Assembly (NCBI GenBank): GCA_020635975.1
Contig: JACJYT010000003.1
Location: 138,655-202,654 of the forward strand
DNA: 64,000 nucleotides
From: Chitinophagales bacterium
GTDB lineage: Bacteria > Bacteroidota > Bacteroidia > Chitinophagales > UBA8649
Reading direction: 5' to 3'
How positions within the stretch are numbered: position 1 is the stretch's first letter; each line of letters opens with the position of its first letter. Of the stretch, positions 45,301 through 52,129 are shown piece by piece. The notes below the pieces were generated by a model, which was not told the origin of the DNA, did not search any database, and saw nothing but the letters and a program-made list of their open reading frames with translations. The translations under genes and the position numbers were made by a program.

Positions 45301-48300
45301 GACCTGCCTCAACAATAGGTAAAGGATTTACAGTAATGGTAACGGTTGAACTATTTTGACAAGCATTATTATCAATAACAGTAACTGTATAGGTAGTAGT
45401 CGTTGTAGGCGAAGCAATCGGATTACTTATATTTGTTTGATTCAATCCAGTGGCAGGGCTCCAAGAATAAGAAACACCACCATTAGCACTTAGCGTTGTA
45501 CTAGACCCAATGCAAATAGCTGTATTGGGAGAAGTTACAATAGTTGGTAAAGGATGAACAACAACTTGAACAACATCATTTGAAGCACAAGTACCTGAGC
45601 CAACAGAGTATGTTAAGGTATGCGTTCCAGGTCCAGCGATTTGGGGATTGAAGTTAGCACCCGAAACACCCGGGCCACTCCAAGTTCCACCAGAAGGAGT
45701 AGGAGCTTGTTGTGTGTTTAGATTTACTAGCCCAGCATTGCCGCAAAGATTGAAATCTGGCCCCGCATTAGCTGGAGTTGGATTAATAACGGTAACGATT
45801 AAAGAATCAGAGTTTACACAATTATTTAAGTTGGTAAAGGTATAGGTGAGCGTAAAATTTCCCGTACCATTCGGAGTAAAAACTCCGGAAGGACTTACAT
45901 TAGGACCGCTCCAAACACCCGATCCGCCAGATGAGAGACTTGGACTAAATCCGCTTAAAGTTTCAGGAATGGGTTGATTACATACGCTAATGTTAGGACC
46001 TGCCTCAACAATAGGTAAAGGATTTACAGTAATGGTAACGGTTGAACTATTTTGACAAGCATTATTATCAATAACAGTAACTGTATAGGTAGTAGTCGTT
46101 GTAGGCGAAGCAATCGGATTACTTATATTTGTTTGATTCAATCCAGTGGCAGGGCTCCAAGAATAAGAAACACCACCATTAGCACTTAGCGTTGTACTAG
46201 ACCCAATGCAAATAGCTGTATTGGGAGAAGTTACAATAGTTGGTAAAGGATGAACAACAACTTGAACAACATCATTTGAAGCACAAGTACCTGAGCCAAC
46301 AGAGTATGTTAAGGTATGCGTTCCAGGTCCAGCGATTTGGGGATTGAAGTTAGCACCCGAAACACCCGGGCCACTCCAAGTTCCACCAGAAGGAGTAGGA
46401 GCTTGTTGTGTGTTTAGATTTACTAGCCCAGCATTGCCGCAAAGATTGAAATCTGGCCCCGCATTAGCTGGAGTTGGATTAATAACGGTAACGATTAAAG
46501 AATCAGAGTTTACACAATTATTTAAGTTGGTAAAGGTATAGGTGAGCGTAAAATTTCCCGTACCATTCGGAGTAAAAACTCCGGTAGGACTTACATTAGG
46601 ACCGCTCCAAATACCCGTTCCACCAGATGAGAGACCTGGGCTAAATCCACTTAAAGTTACCGGAATGGGTTGATTACAAACGCTGATATTTGGTCCTGCT
46701 TCAACAATAGGTAAAGGATTTACAGTAATGGTAAGGGTTGAACTATTTTGACAAGCATTATTATCAATAACAGTAACTGTATAGGTAGTAGTTGTTGTAG
46801 GCGAAGCAATTGGATTACTTATATTTGTTTGATTCAATTCAGTAGCAGGGCTCCAAGAATAAGAAACACCACCATTAGCACTTAGCGTTGTACTAGACCC
46901 AATACAAATAGCTGTATTGGGAGAAGTTACAATAGATGGTAAAGGATATACAATTACTAGAATTGTGTCGAAAGTAGCACAAGTACCTGAGCCAACAGAG
47001 TATGTTAAAGTATGCGTTCCAGGTCCAGCGATTTGTGGATTGAAGTTAGCACCCGAAACACCTGGGCCACTCCAAGTTCCACCAGAAGGAGTAGGAGTTT
47101 GCTGGGAATTTAAATCGACTATACCATCATTAACGCATAGTTGATAATCAGGACCCGCATCCGCAAAAATGGGATTAATAACACTTACGATTAAGGAATC
47201 AGAATTCACACATCCATTAACATCTGTGAATGTATAAGTAAGCGTAAAATTTCCCGTACCATTCGGAGTAAAAACTCCGGTAGGACTTACATTAGGACCA
47301 CTCCAAACACCAGTTCCACCAGATGAGAGACCTGGGCTAAATCCACTTAAAGTTATCGGAATAGGTTGATTACAAACGCTGATATCTGGTCCTGCTTCAA
47401 CAATAGGTAGGGGATTAACCGTAATTGTACCAGAGGATATTGCTGGCGGACATCCACCTAGTGTTGTTACTGTATAATTAAATATACCTATTGAAGTGGG
47501 AGTACCAGCTATTGTAGCCACATTTCCCAACCAAACTCCTGTAACCCCAGGTGGTAGACCAGTAAAAGTAACTCCTGTTGCTCCTATTGTGGCTAAAGTG
47601 ATGACACTCATTTGAGAATTTATACAAAGAATTCGATTTACACCTGTTGCTATTGTATTTGAGGGGTTAACCGTAACTGTATAATTTATTGGTGTACCAA
47701 TACAGCCAGCAAAAGTTGGGGTAACTGTAATTGTTGATATAATCGGACTAGTACTTGAATTTGTAGCATTGAAAGAAGGAATACTCGAATTTCCACTCGC
47801 AGCTAAACCAATTGCAGGATTTGAATTAGTCCATGTAAACGTTGCTCCTGAAGGTGAACTAACAAATGTATTTGCAGGAACTAAATTACCAGGGCAAAAT
47901 ATTAAGTTGGGTTCTGCAACAATTGTTGGTGAGGGATTAATAGTAAAAGTAGAATTGGCGTTTGTTGTTCCACACTCATTTGTAACTGCAACAGAAATAG
48001 TATTTGATCCAACACCTGTATAAGAAACATTTCCAGGATTTGGAATGGTTGAGGATGTTGGCGTTCCCCCTGGGAAAGACCATAAGTAAGTTAAAGGTGA
48101 AGTCCCACAATTAGTTACAGTTGCAGTTGGTAAGGTTGTTGCAGGACTTGAACAAGAGCTAATAGGGGAAACATTTAGGTTAACATTTGGAGATTTTTTA
48201 ACAGTAACAACACGATTGGTAGTAAAGGTGCCACACTTATTAGTCAGTGAAAGCGTTATTGTATAAGTTCCGGGATTGTTGAAAACAAAGGAAGGGTTTA

Positions 48301-49984
48301 TAGAGGACGCATTTGTTCCATTTGTAAAGCTCCAAGAGGCGGTAGTACCACAGTTAGTTGCAGAATAAGTTACAGTCCAATTTAAGGTTGGTGGAGTGCA
48401 ATTACTAATTGTACCTAAATTATTCGTCGTATTTACATTTAATGGAATACAACCATTATTGTTATTGACAGTAAAGGAAGGTGTTGGAGGTGATTGAATA
48501 CAAACAACTTTAGTAATAGTATCGATTCCACAACTATTTCTTACTAACATAGAAACATTATAAGTGCCAGGGGAAGAAAACTGAACACCCAAACTATTTG
48601 AACCCCAGGTGGATGGATTATTTGAAGGGTTAGAATTACCTAAAGATCCGTTTGTAATCGTCCATCCCAAAGATGGAGAAATTGTCCAATTACTTATTGT
48701 TACAGAATCACAAACTCCAAAAGCATTAACAGAAGCTCCAGCAGTTGAAGTATTTGTGAATGTTATAGTGTTATTGACACATGCTATTGTATCTGGAGAT
48801 ATTAAAAAATTAGCACTGGGTTTGATAGAAGTTGTTATCGGTTCAATAGTAGATACTGAAAATCCACAAGGGTTTTCAGCTCTAATTCTAACATAAAATG
48901 CATTTGGAGTACTCGCTCCTGTTGCACCACAAGATGTTTCTGTAAATAAATGGGTATAACTTGATGGGGGTGGATGATTATATGTTATTGAGGGTGAGTT
49001 AGTATTTGTACTCACAATATAAATTGTCCCAGGAGGGTTTGTTGAAGTTCCTGTAATTGGGAAAGTTAACGAATTTGGCATACAAATTCCAACTGTACCT
49101 CCAGGGTTACCTAAACCTACGGCTGGATTGCTACCACTATAAACAGTATATGTTTGTGTTGATTCACATAGATTTTGTCCAGTGACTGTAAGGGTGATTG
49201 TAAAATAACCTAGACTATTGTAGGTATGCGATGTTGTAGCATTCAAGCCCCAATTAGATGAATTGAAATTTGGCGTGCCATCGCCCCAATTAATCGTGTA
49301 ACTAGTATTGGTTGCTGTTGTAGAAGAAATATTTGTTACCTCAAGGTTGAAGTTACCTCCTATACAATTAGTGAATGGTGTGCTACTTGTGTAATCCGCA
49401 ATTGAAGCATCAGGTCTTTGCTTTATGGAAATATTTTGAGAAATTGATCCAATACAACCAAAATTATTTGTAGTTATCAAACTTACATTAAAATTTTGAT
49501 TACTACTTCCAATAGCTGAGTTAAAAACATGACTCGGGTTTTGTAAATTTGACGTGTTATTTCCACCTGAACTTGGATCTCCAAAATTCCAAGCATAAGT
49601 TAAACCACTCCCTGTTGATGTACTTAAAAATGAAATAGGTAGATTAGAACAAGGTTGAGAAGGTGATGAATTAAAACTTGCTGTTGGCAATGGATTAACT
49701 GTTATGGTAACAAATGCAGTATCCATTAAGCCATTTGTGCAAGTTTTTATAACCCTGTAGATTGTTGTTGTTGTTGGAGAAGCTACAACTGTGCTTCCTA
49801 CTGTAGTGTTTAATCCAGTTGAAGGAGACCATGTAAATGTACCTGCATTGTTAGAAGCAATTAAGGTTACAGAACTCCCGGCACAAATTGAAGGGGCCGA
49901 TGGATTAATGGACACGGTACATTGAGCATTAACTTGAAAAGTAATTACTAAGGCAAAAAACGTAATAAATAAAGTTAATCTCAT
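42305..49984 (-). CDS. Giant (~2560 aa) PKD/Ig-like repeat adhesin with a type-B T9SS C-terminal sorting domain
   Basis: ATG 49984 gives MRLTLFITFFALVITFQVNAQ; the track start at 49999 is TTG. Many PKD-like modules carry WNFGDG/WDFGDG/INWGDG motifs. There are 4.66 units of a 232-aa repeat. C-terminus VPNAMSPDIGSDEVRKFQPKG...IYDTWGELIW...WNGIHFETGKEMPQGVYVWEIDAIF...IGTITIIR. Confidence 0.85.
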   Translation of the reverse strand: MRLTLFITFFALVITFQVNAQCTVSINPSAPSICAGSSVTLIASNNAGTFTWSPSTGLNTTVGSTVVASPTTTTIYRVIKTCTNGLMDTAFVTITVNPLPTASFNSSPSQPCSNLPISFLSTSTGSGLTYAWNFGDPSSGGNNTSNLQNPSHVFNSAIGSSNQNFNVSLITTNNFGCIGSISQNISIKQRPDASIADYTSSTPFTNCIGGNFNLEVTNISSTTATNTSYTINWGDGTPNFNSSNWGLNATTSHTYNSLGYFTITLTVTGQNLCESTQTYTVYSGSNPAVGLGNPGGTVGICMPNSLTFPITGTSTNPPGTIYIVSTNTNSPSITYNHPPPSSYTHLFTETSCGATGASTPNAFYVRIRAENPCGFSVSTIEPITTSIKPSANFLISPDTIACVNNTITFTNTSTAGASVNAFGVCDSVTISNWTISPSLGWTITNGSLGNSNPSNNPSTWGSNSLGVQFSSPGTYNVSMLVRNSCGIDTITKVVCIQSPPTPSFTVNNNNGCIPLNVNTTNNLGTISNCTPPTLNWTVTYSATNCGTTASWSFTNGTNASSINPSFVFNNPGTYTITLSLTNKCGTFTTNRVVTVKKSPNVNLNVSPISSCSSPATTLPTATVTNCGTSPLTYLWSFPGGTPTSSTIPNPGNVSYTGVGSNTISVAVTNECGTTNANSTFTINPSPTIVAEPNLIFCPGNLVPANTFVSSPSGATFTWTNSNPAIGLAASGNSSIPSFNATNSSTSPIISTITVTPTFAGCIGTPINYTVTVNPSNTIATGVNRILCINSQMSVITLATIGATGVTFTGLPPGVTGVWLGNVATIAGTPTSIGIFNYTVTTLGGCPPAISSGTITVNPLPIVEAGPDISVCNQPIPITLSGFSPGLSSGGTGVWSGPNVSPTGVFTPNGTGNFTLTYTFTDVNGCVNSDSLIVSVINPIFADAGPDYQLCVNDGIVDLNSQQTPTPSGGTWSGPGVSGANFNPQIAGPGTHTLTYSVGSGTCATFDTILVIVYPLPSIVTSPNTAICIGSSTTLSANGGVSYSWSPATELNQTNISNPIASPTTTTTYTVTVIDNNACQNSSTLTITVNPLPIVEAGPNISVCNQPIPVTLSGFSPGLSSGGTGIWSGPNVSPTGVFTPNGTGNFTLTYTFTNLNNCVNSDSLIVTVINPTPANAGPDFNLCGNAGLVNLNTQQAPTPSGGTWSGPGVSGANFNPQIAGPGTHTLTYSVGSGTCASNDVVQVVVHPLPTIVTSPNTAICIGSSTTLSANGGVSYSWSPATGLNQTNISNPIASPTTTTTYTVTVIDNNACQNSSTVTITVNPLPIVEAGPNISVCNQPIPETLSGFSPSLSSGGSGVWSGPNVSPSGVFTPNGTGNFTLTYTFTNLNNCVNSDSLIVTVINPTPANAGPDFNLCGNAGLVNLNTQQAPTPSGGTWSGPGVSGANFNPQIAGPGTHTLTYSVGSGTCASNDVVQVVVHPLPTIVTSPNTAICIGSSTTLSANGGVSYSWSPATGLNQTNISNPIASPTTTTTYTVTVIDNNACQNSSTVTITVNPLPIVEAGPNISVCNQPIPETLSGFSPSLSSGGSGVWSGPNVSPSGVFTPNGTGNFTLTYTFTNLNNCVNSDSLIVTVINPTPANAGPDFNLCGNAGLVNLNTQQAPTPSGGTWSGPGVSGANFNPQIAGPGTHTLTYSVGSGTCASNDVVQVVVHPLPTIVTSPNTAICIGSSTTLSANGGVSYSWSPATGLNQTNISNPIASPTTTTTYTVTVIDNNACQNSSTVTITVNPLPIVEAGPNISVCNQPIPVTLSGFSPSLSSGGSGVWSGPNVSPSGVFTPNGTGNFTLTYTFTDVNGCVNSDSLIVSVINPIFADAGPDYQLCVNDGIVDLNSQQTPTPSGGTWSGPGVSGTNFNPQNVGAGTYSMVYCIGTGTCLNCDTTVYITNPIPNVNFENSLTCIGDSTFFTDLTSSNNASLEIWEWDFGDGVGSATLQNPSYLFNSVGSYSVNLSVLDNNSCSNDTTIDLIIHPLPSVIFSNPNVSCPDSIVLFILDTIDGVSYNWDFGDGSIGSGENPSHTYINSGNYTIQLIAENEFGCLDSSFGNIEIALSPDANFIVNPKIGCGPLEVVINYAPSNPSLAFDYVWDFGNGDPFLTNAIPPNPYVYEAATNGADTFYVITLWVQSPICQEIAIHRDTVWVLSSPLSNFSVNQSDGCSPLNVTFTNTTFSNIDSVIANYGDGFSETIIGLNEFSHVFINNDDFNIEYEVQLLSFNECGLDTSNLTISVFPNTVNAELDVYPLQSCPNTPFQIINNSVGQAYTYYDLGNNIISANNMDSIFQIEFNESGIYTIYQYIYSSDSCSFDSDSIQIIVLEDAVSMFEYEESEPECYGEIEIVFINNSINAQYANWTFGDGYTSSDFNPIHTFPSDGVFNVTLSTASSEGCLDTLDTEIVLEYAENGLFVPNAMSPDIGSDEVRKFQPKGTCLKQYEVSIYDTWGELIWRSNKLANDTPAEFWNGIHFETGKEMPQGVYVWEIDAIFLNDEVWKGKAYDNKLKNIGTITIIR
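44170..47415 (-). repeat. 4.66 tandem units of a 696-bp (232-codon) coding repeat; three units (44461-46548) are identical or differ by ~2 nt
   Basis: The plus-strand shadow ORFs at 44952, 45648 and 46344 have identical 65-aa translations spaced exactly 696 nt apart. By hand comparison, 45157-45852 and 45853-46548 show no difference. 44461-45156 differs only at ~44569-44572. The flanking units are ~90% identical. Confidence 0.9.
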
Positions 49985-50013
49985 TAGTTCAGTATACAAT
50001 TTTAATAGTTCAA

Positions 50014-50021
50014 CAAAAATA
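50014..50021 (-). promoter_or_regulatory. Candidate -7 box (TATTTTTG) for the second giant adhesin
   Basis: The reverse complement of caaaaata matches TAnnTTTG. It lies 30 nt upstream of ATG 49984. Confidence 0.35.
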
Positions 50022-50100
50022 AAATCAAATTAACTTTTATTACAATTAATTCAAAAAAAAGATAATTAATAATTTTTCTTTTATTCACTTTGTTTTAACC

Positions 50101-50304
50101 TTAAACCCTAGATGATACTGGAAATTTTATTAAATTATTCCAAACAATAGCCACATGAGAGTATACTTTACATTCTGCCATAGCTACAGTAACAGAAATA
50201 TCTCCATGTTTACAACTTTTTAAACCCAACAAATAATAAGAATGATACTTTGGTGCGGTGTTGTTAATGCAAATTAAAACATTAGAATATTTGCTAGCAA
50301 TACT
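50101..50304 (-). pseudogene. Degenerate paralog of the 40225-40491 small Cys/His protein (frameshifted; metal-site Cys lost)
   Basis: Hand translation (minus strand): SIASKYSNVLICINNTAPKYHSYYLLGLKSCKHGDISVTVAMAECKVYSHVAIVWNNLIKFPVSSRV*. It aligns to RYNNVLICISSTASKYHAYQCWGLDKCTHDIQTVSLSVAQSKGYSACRICYK and shares the 14-mer aatgttttaatttg. A hydrophobic leader (LFGLFLEFLLVLLFLILF) sits in another frame at ~50305-50395. No start codon is in frame. Confidence 0.55.
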
Positions 50305-50430
50305 TTAACTTTTCCTATTGAAAAAAGAATTAAAAAGAGTAATACTAATAAAAATTCAAGAAACAAACCAAACAAAGGTGAAGTTATTAAAAAATATTTA
50401 ATTTGATGTTTTATGACCCAAAAATTTTCT

Positions 50431-50589
50431 TTAGATGTTGTTTATTTTGCCATCAATGATTTGCAAATAGCTGTTTGATATTTGAGTTGAATCTGTTCCT
50501 TTATGGAGATATTTTCTTATACATTTAATTCCATTTTCCACACCTCCTTTTTCACAGCTATAATAGGGATTTGCAAAATACCAATCGCA
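50431..50589 (-). mobile_element. IS30-family transposase C-terminal remnant
   Basis: Hand translation (minus strand): CDWYFANPYYSCEKGGVENGIKCIRKYLHKGTDSTQISNSYLQIIDGKINNI*. It follows the IS30 C-terminal pattern YFaxPxxxWqrGtnENtNGllRqYfPKgtdlsxxsxxxlxxvxxxlNxRPRk. An in-frame stop lies immediately upstream. Sequence up to ~50830 shows only weak, multi-frame resemblance. Confidence 0.5.
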
Positions 50590-50860
50590 GTTTTATTTCT
50601 TGGCTAATGCTTAATGCAAAGCTCGTGCTCTCAGTCTTCTTCATCCATCCTCACCCATACCTCCCTGCCACTTCCTCCAAATGCACTAACGAAGGTTTCG
50701 TAATAAGCTTGGTATAGATATTTGGAAAGACCTTATCTACTCCGTAAGTGCTTATATTTTCTAGCTTGTACATACCTTGTAATTTCTTGCAGGTCATGAA
50801 AATATCAGCATGGAGTATTAGGAAGCCACTTTTATTTATGCTTCGGATTTTTATTTAAAA

Positions 50861-51511
50861 CTACTCCTCAGTTTCAAACTTCTCCAACTCCTCACTCAAT
50901 CTAGCTTCAAAAGCATCGGTTAGTTCAGAATTGATGTCAATTTTATTGCCTGCCACGCTGGCATCTTGAAAAACTGGGATAAGCGCTTCTATTTCTTCCC
51001 ATTCTAAACCTATGAATTTTAAATAGGCGAGAACCTCAAAATTGTGTTCGCACATGCGGTGGTCATAGTTCATCATGCTAGGAAAAAACTTGGCTTTTTC
51101 CACTTGTTCCCAAAAGGCTTTTTCTTGGGTGTTTTTCATTTTTTTTAGCTCGGCGAAATTTGCATAGGCATTCTTCCAATCCTTTTTTTCGGATAAGTAA
51201 ACTAGTAAGAATATCAGTCCGATTATTGCCACTAAAACTCCGGCTAAGATGCCAATGCCCTTCCAACTAAATTCCATGAAGGTATAGCCCAAGGTTCCGA
51301 GTACCCCAAGAATCCACATTGGTAAAAAGAACAATCGACCTTTCAAGCCACCAAGTTCACATAGTCCGGCAACGAAAGAGCCTATGGCTAGCAGTATTAT
51401 TTGTCCTACGGCACCATTAGCAAAATCATCTGGCATCAGCCAATAAATGGGTCCAACAATAATCGCTATAATGAGTCCTACAGCTATAGCGTAAAAATTA
51501 AATATAATCAT
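50861..51511 (-). CDS. Hypothetical membrane protein (4 TM N-domain plus acidic cytoplasmic C-domain)
   Basis: 216 aa with a clear ATG. Hydrophobic N-terminal ~110 aa, then a soluble tail ending EELEKFETEE. No family recognised. Confidence 0.55.
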   Translation of the reverse strand: MIIFNFYAIAVGLIIAIIVGPIYWLMPDDFANGAVGQIILLAIGSFVAGLCELGGLKGRLFFLPMWILGVLGTLGYTFMEFSWKGIGILAGVLVAIIGLIFLLVYLSEKKDWKNAYANFAELKKMKNTQEKAFWEQVEKAKFFPSMMNYDHRMCEHNFEVLAYLKFIGLEWEEIEALIPVFQDASVAGNKIDINSELTDAFEARLSEELEKFETEE

Positions 51512-51537
51512 GGTTTAAAGATAATAAATTAGATACT

Positions 51538-51601
51538 TAGAGAAATAGAGAAATAGAGAATTAGAAAATTAGAAAATTAGAAAATTAGAAAAATAGATGA
51601 T
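51538..51601. repeat. 8-bp-phased TAGA array (8 units in perfect phase)
   Basis: TAGA occurs at 51538, 51546, 51554, 51562, 51570, 51578, 51586 and 51594: ttagagaa atagagaa atagagaa ttagaaaa x4 atagatga. Confidence 0.9.
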
Positions 51602-51703
51602 TGGTTTATCAGATTAGAACGAGCTCAAAAGGATTTTACCTTAGACAAGTTCTGAAAATAGCAAAGTTCCCCTCCCCGTGGAGAGGGGCCAGGGGTGAGG
51701 CTC
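51586..51703. repeat. 118-bp intergenic repeat unit, copy 1 (GC-rich hairpin core CCCCTC...GAGGGG...GGGGTGAGG)
   Basis: tagaaaaatagatgattggtttatcagattagaacgagctcaaaaggattttaccttagacaagttctgaaaatagcaaagttcccctccccgtggagaggggccaggggtgaggctc. There are ~6 mismatches to copy 2, which lies 286 nt downstream. Confidence 0.9.
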
Positions 51704-51765
51704 TTTGTAGATAATTAGAAAAATAGAGAAATAGAGAATTAGAGAATTAGATTATCAAATTATAC
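51704..51765. repeat. 8-bp-phased TAGA array between the two 118-bp units
   Basis: tagataat tagaaaaa tagagaaa tagagaat tagagaat tagattat. Confidence 0.8.
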
Positions 51766-51793
51766 AAGCACGAGTAAATATATCGAAGACCAT

Positions 51794-51831
51794 TCTCCTC
51801 ACCTGTGATGGGGGGGAGTTAGAGGGGGGGA
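51794..51831. repeat. Inverted, diverged variant of the GC-rich core carrying two G7 homopolymer tracts
   Basis: ttctCCTCACCtgtgatGGGGGGGagttagaGGGGGGGac. CCTCACC is the reverse complement of the GGTGAGG in the 118-bp units. The G7 tracts are at 51810-51816 and 51824-51830. Confidence 0.7.
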
Positions 51832-51871
51832 CAGTTGACAGCTTTATTAGAGAAATAGAAAATTAGAAAAT

Positions 51872-51989
51872 TAGAAAAATAGATGATTGGCTTAGCAGAT
51901 TAGAACGAGCTCAAAAGGATTTTACCTTAGACAAGTTCTGAAAATAGCAAAGTTCCCCTCTACGTGGAGAGGGGCTAGGGGTGAGGCAC
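51872..51989. repeat. 118-bp intergenic repeat unit, copy 2
   Basis: tagaaaaatagatgattggcttagcagattagaacgagctc...gttcccctctacgtggagaggggctaggggtgaggcac. It is preceded by its own TAGA array (51848-51886). Confidence 0.9.
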
Positions 51990-51998
51990 TTTATCCCT

Positions 51999-52028
51999 CA
52001 TCAGGGTCTCTCAAAGAGGACCCTGATG
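51999..52028. repeat. Conserved 30-nt hairpin module (copy 2)
   Basis: CATCAGGGTCtCTCaaaGAGGACCCTGATG: a 10-bp outer stem, a 3-bp inner stem and a triloop. It matches 38211-38240 except for ~2 nt. Confidence 0.85.
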
Positions 52029-52129
52029 CTTATTAGCGGACTAGTTTACTAGAGAATTAGAAAAAAACTAGATTGTTTTATCTCAAAGCGTAGCGTTCTA
52101 AAAATCTTTGTCTCTCTAAGTCTATTATT

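Noticed and set aside
44952-46541. Three identical 65-aa plus-strand ORFs (44952, 45648, 46344), plus 46917-47144, 47769-48023 and 48609-48896
   Set aside because: They are antisense shadows within the adhesin gene. They are useful only as markers of the 696-bp period.
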